DNA of 64,000 nucleotides from Penicillus capitatus (lineage: Eukaryota > Plantae > Chlorophyta): contig OZ287699.1 in assembly GCA_965649825.1 (NCBI GenBank), forward strand, positions 898,477 to 962,476, given 5' to 3'. This document shows positions 1-11,712 of the stretch, piece by piece. The notes below the pieces were generated by a model. That model saw only the letters and a list, made by a program, of their open reading frames with translations, was not told the origin of the DNA and ran no database searches. The position numbers were made by a program, and so were the translations under genes. The first letter of the stretch is position 1. Every line of letters begins with the position of its first letter.

Positions 1-182
1 GTCCCCGGGGCGATGTCGGGGGTCCCCGGGGCGATGTCGGGGGTCCCCGGGTGGCCGGCGATGTCGGGGGTCCCCGGGTGGCCGGCGATGTCGGGGGTCC
101 CCGGGTGGCCGGCGATGTCGGGGGTCCCCGGGTGGCCGGCGATGTCGGGGGTCCCCGGGTGGCCGGCCCTGTCGGGGGTCCC
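1..182. repeat. GC-rich tandem minisatellite (21-nt and 27-nt units), running off the window start
   Basis: One 21-nt unit ATGTCGGGGGTCCCCGGGGCG (13-33) plus a partial copy before it; five 27-nt units ATGTCGGGGGTCCCCGGGTGGCCGGCG at 34, 61, 88, 115 and 142 (the last ends ...GGCC); one degenerate partial at 169-182. Confidence 0.95.
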
Positions 183-624
183 GATAGTTGATGTGATTAT
201 TGAAATGTCGTCGTAGTACGTTTGATTTCGGATTTTGTGTTTTTCTTATCCTTTTTTTCGCATTGTGCCCGCTTAACAGCGCTTACTAAGGATCCGCGAC
301 TTTTAAGAAGCCTATTTTCTAGTTTTGAAAGCGTGATGACTCACCTGTCTAGTAAAGTCCCATTAAACTGGTGATATGAATCAGTGTTTTTGAACCTTGA
401 AACAACCCTGCTCTGTAAAGTTAAATAGTCTTCCGCTCTTAATTTCTGAAGCGCAGCGCAGCCGGCGCGACAGTTTAGAAACTCAATGCACCCCCTTCTG
501 TCATATCAGCGCCGTCGACGCAATGCATTTTTCAGCAACGCCTATTCTTCACAGCGACTCATTTAAGACGGAAACAAATAAATACCTCTAGATACAAATT
601 AGGTTCATTTACCAGGATTCATGC

Positions 625-822
625 TTATCGTCGGCTCATGCGGGCATTTTTGATTGGGATGGAAAAGAATGCAACTCTGATGTTAATCTCTCCTATAGAT
701 TCCAGAGACTTCGCCAGTTTCTGTAACAGCCTTGTAACTCGATTTCTGTGAACTCTCTCTCGCTCATCCCGTCGAGTATTTCTCCTCGTCTTTGACGAGT
801 CCCGGTGTATATCGAGATTCAT
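625..822 (-). other. Short ORF with bHLH-like basic/helix-1 spacing; coding status uncertain
   Basis: ERVHRNRVTRLLQKLAKSL has the spacing of ERxRRxxINxxFxxLRxLL; no helix 2 or further exon identified. Confidence 0.15.
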
Positions 823-1438
823 TTAAATATGTTTTATCGGTGGAAACATTTGGTCAGTGGAAGGTCATAAGTTAAAGAAAACGACGCCCGACAGAGGAAT
901 TCTTTATGAGCGGTCCTCAGACTTAGGGTGGTAAGAGAAAGGTCGAGTCAGTTTCCGATTCGCACTGAACCGACTTTAAAGTGCTGCTGCTTCTTCCTGG
1001 TGACACGGACTCCAATATCTCTGTTTTCTGCGACACCACAGTGTCCAGGCATTTTTCTGATGACGTTGGAACTGTGATGTTTCGAGTCGACTACGACGCC
1101 GAGACATCGGCGTCTCAGCGTCGTGCGTAAATGTGCACAAGAAGAACACGACATCGCATGATTGCAGGGCGTCCATTGGGTGATTCGACCCTCCGCCTAG
1201 TTGTCCCTGTACTGCTAGCGTTTCTTTCGACGGTCCTTCGCAAAGCGGAAAGGCCGCATTGACCCAGGAGACAGGGCGTCGACCATAAAGTCATTTCTCG
1301 TAGTCGATGTACACAGCAGATCGATTTCTGTCGGCTGCTCGACTAGCAATATGACCGGTGACGTTTGATTCCAAAAAAGCCGATTTGGACGGTGGATAAC
1401 ACGTTCTAAAAAGTTGCAACATACTGGTGTGATGTAAA

Positions 1439-2260
1439 TCAGGTGCTTTGTGTCCTGAAATCAATGAGGTCGCGTTCGAGTTGCTTTACGAGTTTCCGGA
1501 GGGCTCTGCGATTTCGAACGACCCTCATTGTCAAAGTATCAGGCATAATATTCTCCCTTGCCATCTGATCGATAAACTCTTCTGCCTGATCTGTATCTCT
1601 TCGTGCCGCACAGATCTCTAACAGAGTATTGTAAACAGCTAAAAGCAGCACAGTCACACAGGGCTGTTATAGAGAAGATGTGCAAACTGATCGTGCGCTT
1701 CAGTGAAAACTCTTTCTCCATGCGTTCGAGAATTCGAAGAATCTCGTTCCATCTAAAATTTTCTGTTTGACTGCCATATCCACGAATTAGAGAACAGAAA
1801 GTCACGTCATCTGGAGTCACGTACTCCCCTGTCCAGTCTCTCTCCATCAAACGGAGACATTATTTGAGGAGATGTTACCAAAGAGATCGTCAAAGAGTGT
1901 CTCTGCCAATTCCATTTTTCGATTGCGTGCACAGACATCCACAAGCGTCGTCGCCATCTGATCATTAAGATCTGCGGTGAGGGTCTGAAATCTCTTAGGC
2001 GAGGCATAACGCACCTGGGTGTCTAAAGGGATGCCGATTCGAGCCGCTTCTGCCACTTCGTTTACAGCTTTCTTGATTTGCCCCTCTTTCCCAAACGTCT
2101 TTATCCGTCGAGTCACCTCCCGCTTGGCGTTGTCATGTGCCGTGTGCTGATGCGCATCCTGAAGTCAACGCGTCTCTCCAAAAGATGTGCCAAGCCGCCA
2201 GTGCTCATAGCGCACCAGAGACGCAGCGGTTGGCCACCGTCGAGCCGCGGCTCCAATCAT
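1439..2260 (-). CDS. Pentatricopeptide repeat (PPR) protein, 5 exons
   Basis: Spliced model gives PPR motifs MATTLVDVCARNRKMELAETLFDDL, DVTFCSLIRGYG and TVYNTLLEICAARRDTDQAEEFIDQM; GT-AG introns of about 49-57 nt restore the frame. Confidence 0.85.
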
Positions 2261-2282
2261 TCTCACTGTACAGCGATTGAAA

Positions 2283-4454
2283 ATGCTCCAAAAAATCGCG
2301 TTATTGGGTCCATTTGATCGAAGCGGCCTCAACGGTCGAAGACCTCCTACGGTGACCTTCCGTGTCGCTGCTGTTCTTTGCCAAACGTCTGCAGTGGACA
2401 AATCCAATAACGGGCCGAAGTTCTGGTGTCCGGGATTCAAGTCCGCCGCTGTATCATCGCAAACGTGACGAGAACACGTCCTTCACCGTCGTGTTCTGTA
2501 TTTTGTGTCTTCATCTCATTCGATTCGCTACGACCGTCGAGGCACAGCTGCAAAGCCCAATGGCCTTTCGACGTGCCTCTTTTCTTTTGTCCGCGGCGAC
2601 TTGCGTGGGAGGACGTTTTTTGGCAATGACGGCGGTAGAAGAAGTAGAGGACGAGCCTCCGTTGCTCAACCGAAGAAGGTTAACAGAGGTACAAGCGTCT
2701 TCAGAAGACTCGTTGATCGAGAGTGCAGCTTTTGTTGTTGGCGTCAGTGTGGGTATGAGTAGTGTGTTTCTCATACTGATCACTGTCGGTATCTGTCTTC
2801 TCTGTTACAAACGAAAACGCCCCGCCACTATAGACATCGAAAAGCCAGTCCTTGATAGCCTGGAATTGACACCGTCGTTACAGAAGTATCGGCGTTCTTC
2901 AGACGGTCGGGTGTCCTTCATGCGAGACAGTTTGCGAGAAGATGCCGTTTTGCGTGCAATAGAAGATCTAGAACTGGAAAATATCGAATTTAGCGCTAGC
3001 TTGGGACGAGGAGCTTTTGGAAAGGTCTACAGAGGCGAATACGCCGGGATCCCACTCGCCATCAAGGTTCTCGATCACGACGGAGCAGGCCTCTCTCACG
3101 GAGACGAGCCTCTTGAAACATACCTCAGCCGCAATACGGATCATCCGAATGTCGTTAAGACGTTTGTCAACGAAACGCGACGATGCCAGTCTTTTGCGCC
3201 CACAACGATGACGACATCAATCTTCAGAACACCACCTGGCGCACTATCACAGACAGCTACCACTGCCGAACAAAGAGGATCGTCTTCGGGGGACTCGGAC
3301 GACGAATTCAGTTATATGGCTCGAGCAATGGGAACGACAGAAACAGAGGACAATTATCGGACATGGATTGTTATGGAATTCTGCGATAGAGGGTCTCTCG
3401 ATCAAGCCATTAAGAATAAAGTCTTTTTCCAAGATGGACATGTTCTTCAACCAAAAATTCGTTTCATGTTGCTCACGGCACTTGACATAGCATCCGCCAT
3501 GATTTACCTCCATAAGCAAAACATCGTTCATGGTGACCTAAAATCGCAAAACGTGCTTCTGAGCCGAAGCGAAGTCGATGAACGTGGATTCACATGCAAG
3601 GCAAGAACGCATGATTATTAACGGATCTCTTGACTTTTGATTGTTAATCAGGTTGGAGATTTTGGCTTGAGTCGAGTAATCGTTAACAAAACACATATTG
3701 ATACGTTTACTCATGGAACGGTGAGCCACTCAGCTCCTGAACTTTTTAAGCAAGGTTTATTGACACCGGCGGCTGACATCTACTCTTTCGGTGCGTGCTG
3801 CCAACTCACTCCACGACCTTTCATCACTCCTCGTGCTTTCTAGGTATTCTTCTTTGGGAGTTGTTTACGGGAGAGAAGGCTTACACAGGAATACAACACA
3901 ACGGCATTATCATAGCTGTCACACGTACACGCACTCTTCTTGTATGTCTTTGCCAATTGGTGTTGACGACAGGCGGAATTCGTCCGGTGCTGCCGTTGCA
4001 CTGCCCGGCACCTTTGGCAAACTTGATAACAGATTGTTGGAGAGATGCGTACTTTGATAGGCCTTCTTTTCAAACTATTGTAGAACGCTTGATCCCATTG
4101 CTTAGGGACAGCACTTCTTTAGAAACCCCAGTGGAAACCGGCGAACCTGAAGCACATCTCAATAATCTCTCCTCTCCTGAAGATCTTTCTTGCAGTGATG
4201 ACATCGAGAACAAAGATGACATTTCGAAATACACGGTCGTGTTGATGCACTTTGCATCCTCTTGTTATCTGACCATCTGTTTTCTTTAGTCTTCCCAATC
4301 ATCCTCTGAGAAAGGCTTCCGTGTTGGGAGAAGAATTGAAGCTCTGTCTATCTCGACAGAAAAAAGATCACTTGAGATAGCTGCTAGTCGACAATCGAAC
4401 GGAGAAAGTGTAACAGAACTGAAGGTCTCGGAAGAAGAAACCGAAACAGGTTAG
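2283..4454 (+). CDS. Membrane-anchored TKL/MAP3K-like Ser/Thr/Tyr kinase (chlorophyte type); start uncertain (2283 or 2560)
   Basis: TM segment FVVGVSVGMSSVFLILITVGICLLCYKRKR, then LGRGAFGKVY, AIK, WIVMEFCDRGSL, HGDLKSQNVLL, (K|V)GDFGLSR, GTVSHSAPE and DIYSFGILLWE; stop TAG at 4452-4454. Confidence 0.9.
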
Positions 4455-5501
4455 TCTGCCAGTGCTGAATTGAACACCCGTACAGGACGCACTGCAGAAA
4501 CGGGAATGGGGGTTAGATGATTATGTTAGTGTCTTCAAACGTGTGGTGTATCTGGAGCCTCCATGAAATCTACACAGAGCGGTAGATCTTCGGCCAAGTG
4601 GAATACTGGTTGGATATTTTTTGTCCTTTGGGAAAGAATCGCAAGCCTTCTATTGCATGCATGGGTTCCAGGTGTTCATTATTTGGGGTTGGTTGGTTTG
4701 CATGTCAGCTTTAGTTTCGTGGCACCATCATTTCTCTAAAGCGCATGCTTTTTTATCGTTTCTGCTAAATGCCTGTAAGGAAAAGTCACTGTTTTCGTTG
4801 TTGAGATCTTTCCATGCAATGTATGTAATGCTGAACCATGCATGAGTTGAAACCCTTCCTTCCTTCCTTCCTTCCAGTGGCCTCGATCTCATATTGCTCT
4901 GTTTTGTAGAATACGAATGGCCAACGACTCCGAATTCATCAAGGTCGCTGTGATGCATGCAACGTTGACGTGAAGAAGTCAGTCATAAATCGTGGCCATG
5001 AACCCAGTAAATCATGGAAAAACACTTCAGCTGCATCAAGTCATATTGATTGAACAGCCTTGTGAAATAGAATGCGTTTGTTTCACATCGAAGCAAACCT
5101 TTTTCGTTACAACATAAGTCTTTAGATGCATTATTTCTAGTGTTCATGTTAGCGTCTGAATTGTTTTTGTTAGCACCTGTCACAAAGTATCATGTCTGCG
5201 TTGGGAGAATTTGGTCTAGTGCATGCATAGTGATTTCATTCATGGATGTCGCCTTACAGACGCATCTCGGGAGTCTTACTGTATATGTGATGCCCATTAC
5301 GAACATCATAGAGGGCCATGGAGCTGGTTACTGTCTGACACTGTGCATAGGAACGTCGGGAGATAGCTGATTGACATTGACTGCATCATCTAGCAGCAAG
5401 GGGGCTTCTCACCAAATGAGTGTTGAAGGCTGCACATGCACTGATATCTTTTAGAAACGGCCAATCATGTTCTTGTACAGAGACATGAAGATAGAGTGCT
5501 T

Positions 5502-8500
5502 TCATAACATCTCTTTTACTGCGTAGCATTCTTCCCTCAAACGATACCATAGAACAGAAGATGCCTCAACCCTAGAGGACACAACCTCTCAGTTGTTCTT
5601 GGAGTATGTGTCTTACCAGACGGGAGAGACAACGTGGTATCCTCGAGAACGCGCCCACGAAATCTGTCGCCAACATACAGTATGGGCAAAGCAAAAGGGG
5701 AGAGTACTTTGTTTGATGCAGGGAGCGTCACAAAGTGCGTGGTTTTCTCTGTGTGTGTCAGCGAACAAGTAGCACCTATCCCTGTCGCCATTCGCCATAG
5801 CAGCTGATGCTCGTGCGGTTCCTTTGGTGAGAACAGGCGATCGAAGCAGATGTGCACATCTACAACACTCGGCCACAATGCTTGACTGTTCGTCATGTTG
5901 CCTTCACCTGGCATAACAGTCAGTCTTGTTTCGGCCATGAGACGACGCACATCCCACGGCTTCATTTGCAAGACGCGCTTTGGGAGCTTGTGATGGAGTT
6001 CTCGCAAATCGGTAGTCTCCGGCTGATGATCGGACATCTCTTCAAACACCTTCCGTCTGAGATGCAGTAAGATGTCCAGAGCGTTCAGAAGAAAACCACA
6101 ATCATCTTCGTCTCTGCCGCACCACAGATTCTTATTCAAGCCTGAGGCACCACGCAGACTACGTTTTTGTCGCGAACATCGACGGAGACGTCAATCCGAA
6201 TCTCTCCTTTGTCTCTGGAAAGAAGAGATAAGACTCGATGCCAAGCTGGCTATCCATGTCGTCCCACAGAAGGCAAGAATCGCTAAGAATGACGGTTATG
6301 CTTCTTAGGTGACTCAGGAGAGGGCCCACTCTGCGAACCTGAAGAGCAAAGGCTTCATACACGCTTCCGTAGGGCAGAAAGATCGATCGCACTTTCTTCA
6401 GAACGGATTCCTCTGGGCCGATGACCTCGTAAATGACGCGGTCCATCGATATCCATCCATCTGGATCCACAATCTTGAGAATGGCTTCCACTTCATCCCT
6501 GGATGCTATGGCTGCAGTGCTCACGACAAAAGCTACAGCTTTACTTTGGACGGCAGGTGTGGCCAAACAGCACGAAACCGTTTCGGATAATTCTGAGGAA
6601 TTTGCTCAGTCCTGGACGGAGCTTCAGCCACAAGTTTAGACGATGCAGGCAATGTAAAGAGCACAAGGAATGGGGCAGACGGGATTCATTCTCAAGGCAT
6701 GTCTTTAGGGTCTGCTCCGCTTCGTCGTCCAGCTTTGAGAAATGTGTCGTACTGAAAAGAACTGTGTCCAGATCAAGCACTAAACACAGTTTGCCCTCCA
6801 AAACGGCGTCCCCGAGCTCTACAAGCAGAGGACCAGCATTAAAGCCATCGTCTGTTTAGAGCCTGCGCACCGGCAGTTTGTGTCCTTTTTGGCAGTACGA
6901 CCCCGCGCAACAGTGATCCCCAGTGCGAATCCGGTCGAGAATCGAACACAACATCGGGTGAAATTTGCCTAGGTTTAAAGATGAGAGGCGGCGGCGGTGG
7001 AGGGATTGAAAGACTCATAAGCTCAGAACGAAAGAGTCCAGGATTCCCTTCGATCTCATTTGATTCCGTGGCTGTGTAACGTACAGTTTTTGATGCAAAC
7101 GGACCTTGTTGATCACAAGAGGCTGTCTTTAAGAACTCTTCCTTTCTCTGATTCTTTTCCCGACCTCCTTTTCCTCCCGCAGGATAATCAGATACATAAG
7201 ACGACCCTTGCCGATTCTATAACAATGCAAATCGTATATGGCGCTTTGCTGTTGGACAACAACTCACAGTCATCGGGTAACTGGAAGGCGAGTCACGAAT
7301 GGTAGGAGGTTGGTGCGTGGAATGCGCATTTGATATGCTCGACGTATCTGGATCCGTTACGGAAGGCTTCGTCGAGAAGGGATCTACACTCCACCGATCA
7401 CGAGAGCACATAAAAGATGTGTTCGCTCACAGATCGACCGTTCCCTTTGTGCAGGATCGTTATAGGTATGAAGGGATGGTGAGCTCTTTTGGCATGGTTG
7501 CCCTGTAAGATTCGTCACACTGCACGTCTCGGCCAATGCCATCATCAGTTTCTTCTCTTCTTCTTGAAAACGAATATGGATATCTTGTTTGTTATCGGTT
7601 GCTCTCCAGCTCTCCCGATCTTCTCTGATCCTTTTTATTCTGTCTCTTCCCTCAATATCCATCTCCTTACCCCGTGCTCTGCATTGTTGCTATTCTCCAT
7701 TGTATGTATACTCCTCTTTGTGCTGACCTCGTGCAACAGACAGACGACTTTGGACTTTGTCTTGTGTGGTGGCCATCAGATGTCTCGGACGACTTTACGT
7801 ACATCTCCGTTCTCGTCGTAGGATCATAAGTGAGACGCGTGGCAGCTGTTGATGAAGGCTCTGCTACCCATTCGGTCTAGACATGAAGAAACCAGGTGGT
7901 TTGCTTATCTAAGAGAGAGTGTTTGGGATTACCATTCTACGCTCTTCTTCCTTACATCCGTTTCGTCCATCTGCCCTTCCCTCGACATTCTTATCCAAAT
8001 GCGCGTCTTCTCGCATGCGTCGTTCTGCAGAGTCTGTCGTCGGAGGAGTTGTCATCGACGCTTTATCCTTTGGGCAGGCCACAAAAGGAGCAGTTTCATC
8101 GATGCGCCTCGTCTGATCCGCCGAGAGGGATTTCGACGAACCATCGATCTGCAACACATCAACCGTTCTTGCCCGCATCGACGGAAGAACACAGAAGACC
8201 TCGTGTGACGGCGCAACTGACGTTTCCCTAAAACCACGCGAACTACTGCCGTCTTTGCTGTCGTCTCTACGGCGATCTTCTTTGAGTCCCACGATGGGTT
8301 CTGCCTCGCGAATCCAATTCTCCAGTTCGCGTTTCTGTGATGTTCCAAACAACTCATGCCTGGATATCTCCACAGAGTCCATCGAGACAAGGTGTGCCCA
8401 TAGGATTGGACCTGTGATGCATGGCAAGTCGAATAAGATCTTTGACGTTCTCTGCATGCTGTGATCCCCGCGGACGGTTCAAATAGGCACCGCACACAAT

Positions 8501-9261
8501 GCACAGTCCGTTGAACACTCGGTGAACGCACTCCGTCACTTCTGGACGTTCAACCCTTGACTGTAACGACACGGTTTAGCACAAGGCGTCGCTCGAGACT
8601 TTGACGCTCACTTTGCATTCGAGGCGTCGGAGTCGTTCAAGTTTCTTTATCGCCGTCCTTAATTCGCGGCACAGAACGTCGAGCGACCTGTCACACCTTG
8701 AGTGCGCTGCAGCACAAGGCGTCGGTTGAGTATATCACACACCTGTTCGCGTCCGGCGTCCCAACACGTTTCGTCAGAGAAAGAATCTCTTCAACAAGCC
8801 CCTCGCGTTCGTGCGTCGTCGAGCGTTCGTTTCGATAGGTGCCGTTGTCGTAACTGCGGGAGAAATGATCTCTTTCTCGATGACTCTCCCGGCGATCGCG
8901 TGTCGAGCGATATCGCCTGGACATTCTCAGCCTCTGACTGAATGACGTCCGGCGCGAGCCGAGTGAAGTCGAACGTTGCAACGGCGAACGTTCAGTCGTC
9001 AATCCACTTTCAAATGGAAGATGCAACTACGAACACACACACGAATCAGCATGTGGAATGCACGTACATACTCTTTTTAAAAAACAGTCCAGTGCACAGA
9101 CGAAACACAACAGAATGCCATGAATGCGACGATGAGAGTGGGCCATTTGTGTGTACGTGGGGAAAGTTGCTCTTTTCGCCGTGAATTTCGCCCTCCTCGA
9201 AGTCAGCATCCTCGTTCGGCGTTTGTGCCCCGCTCAGCTGTCGCTCGCTTCTCCCTTCCAT
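5502..9261 (-). CDS. CPL3/FCP1-like RNA polymerase II CTD phosphatase-family protein with C-terminal BRCT; divergent active site
   Basis: N-terminal EEGEI, long low-complexity linker, KLCLVLDLDTVL, WLKLRPGL, IVDPDG, ESYLFFP and BRCT ending THFV...WVEASSVLWYRLREECYAV*; many exons, internal junctions approximate. Confidence 0.75.
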
Positions 9262-9480
9262 TCGCGATAGCACTGTGACGCTGTCTACGCCGACAAACGC
9301 GTTGTGTGTTGCCGCGTCTGAAATGGCCTTCTCGAAGGAACGCGTCTTACCTAACCGACACGCAACAGCAATACGCGATAAATCACCTATGCATTTGACA
9401 ACGACGTACGTGACTGTTTGTGCATACAAAGAGATCTTAGATCGCCAATCTTCATCGGAACCTTGGTCTCTCACCGAAAC

Positions 9481-11419
9481 ATGAATATCGATTACAGCAC
9501 AGTAAAGTCATTTGGTTTCTATACGGGTGGATTGGACATTTCGACGCATCGGAAGAGACACGGTGTCAACGCAAGATGTTTCATAGTGCCACAGGCCGCA
9601 GCACGGTCCTCCTCTACGTCACCGGCAGGCGGTTGTCCTTTCCACGGCGAAGTTAAAGCAGCCGTCGAAGTCATGCCAGATGATGACGCTGTCGTGACAC
9701 CGGGCCCAAGACCCTTCTCACTTCGGTCGGCCTGGGATGTCAGCAAAATTTTGCGCTTTGGCATTCACGAGGCGATGCTGCGCTTTTTCGAAACATACGG
9801 TCCCGTTTGCAGGTGCGCGAGTATGCCAATCATGGATCCGTCATCAAACATGTGCTTGTAGATTTGCCAATCCAACGAATCTTAACGGAAAGTCTGGTTG
9901 GATCTTTGTCAACGACCCTGATAATGTGCAATATATTTCAGTGGCGAATGCCAAGAACTACACAACACGATATCTCCCTGTGCGGTCTTGTTCTGATGTC
10001 AATTACCTAAAGGGAGGGGTGGTGTTCAGGATATTTATAAATTTGCAACAAATGGAAAGGGAATCCTTGGTTCCCAGGGGGAATACAATCGTAAACATCG
10101 AGCCATGTGCCAGCCGACTTTTCATTGTACCCCTATTCTCAGGGGATTCGCTGCTGCGCTCGTTGACAAGTGATACGCTGAGCCAATGAAAGCAACAAAC
10201 GAATGGCCTTTGTTTTAGAACCGAACGCGTGGCTCAGTTTTTTGTTGAGAGGGATGGAGAGATGGACATCTCGCTCATGACACAGAGACTGGCGTTAGAT
10301 GTCATCGGCGAAGTCGCTTTCAGCCACGATTTCAAGGAATCGGAGAAGATCCGAAAGTGATGCCGTTCGCAGCTGACCATCCAAATTGAATTGCTCGTTG
10401 CCTTTAGAGAGATCTACGGAATCGAATCAGACTATGGAGAAGACACCGATGCCCTTGTGCAGGCGGTGAATGATTTCGGTGACGTCCTTGGTGATATGTT
10501 CATTCTGCCCATGCCTGTTTTGAAGCTCCTAAAAAGGATCCGCTCCAAAGCGATGAAGAAATTGGAGCATTCCTTAGCCACACAAAGGCAGATCATGTTA
10601 GATGTCATCAGCCAACGGCGAAAGGAACGCATGAATGGCGAAGATCAGAAAAAAGACCTCCTTGGATCACTCCTCGAGGTTTATGACGAAGATGGGAATA
10701 AAATGACAGATGAAGAGCTATGGGAAGATGTCCACGACATCATGGGGGCAGGACATGAAACAACGGCCTCTGCTCTGGCCGCCTGTCTCTATCTCATTTC
10801 GGTGCACCCAGAAGTGGAAGAGAAAGTGGTCCACGAGCTTAATACCGTTTTGAGTAAGCATTCCTGCAAAGCGGCTGCCCGTTCATGTATCTGCCTGTTC
10901 TCAGATGGGAGAAGTCCAACGTACGATGACGTCGAGTCCCTGGTCTACACATCTCAGTGTGTGAAGGAGACACTTCGTATGTATCCACCCATTCCTATTT
11001 TTCCAAGAGAAGCGTCCGAATCCGATCTGTTGCCCAGTGGGCATCGTGTGAACAAAGGCGATGTCGTTTTCATGGCAGGTTACAGTCTTGGCCGCTCGCC
11101 GGTTCTCTGGGACGATCCTTTGACGTTTCGTCCCGATCGGTTTCATCCGGACCTAGTTTCCCAGATGCACAAATTTCAGTTTTGCCCGTTTGGAGCCGGC
11201 AATCGTATGTGCATTGGTCCAGTTTTTGCTTCGATGTCTGTGACGTTGATGACAGCCGCTTTTTTGCAGAAGCTTGAGCTTACAGCTATTCACCCCACAT
11301 CTCAGTCACTCAACATCACATACGACATCACTATGAATTTTTACAAGTCCAATGGACTTCGTATGAAAATCGCTCCTCGATGTCTGTCTCAGCAACAACG
11401 AATGAATTGCTATATTTGA
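9481..11419 (+). CDS. Cytochrome P450 with probable plastid transit peptide
   Basis: I-helix AGHETT, ETLR (ExxR), FRPDRF and heme motif FGAGNRMCIG; 5 short GT-AG introns. Confidence 0.92.
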
Positions 11420-11712
11420 CCACGGTAGATATTGCTCCGTGGCATTCGCTGCGTCTTAGTATTTGTCATTCTGTGCATTCATCGGGATCTCTGCATCTCA
11501 CTGTCATGTCTGACGTGAAGAAAGTCTTTAAGGTTTTTTGTTTGATGGAACACGTGTCACGATCGATGGTCGATATAGGTTAATCTCTCGCGTTTTGTGC
11601 GTTCACCTCGTGCGAAGTTCTCCGCGACATTGTTTATTTGGATTCGTTGTGTTGTTATTTTGCCGAAAGTTTGACATTCTTCTCTTCAGCATTCTTGTCA
11701 CCCATTGTGAAG

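Noticed and set aside
1-182. CRISPR array, or a real peptide MSGVPGWPA repeat (ORF 13-216)
   Set aside because: The units abut with no unique spacers and the context is eukaryotic; the ORF is explained by unit lengths being multiples of 3.
333-450. Possible C/D box snoRNA (GTGATGA at about 333 ... CTGA at about 446)
   Set aside because: No convincing terminal stem and no recognised rRNA antisense element; such motifs occur by chance. An Rfam or snoscan run would be decisive.
1220-1290. Small hairpin GCGG-AAAGG-CCGC suggesting a structured ncRNA
   Set aside because: A single 4-bp stem with no recognisable RNase P, MRP, SRP or snRNA motifs.
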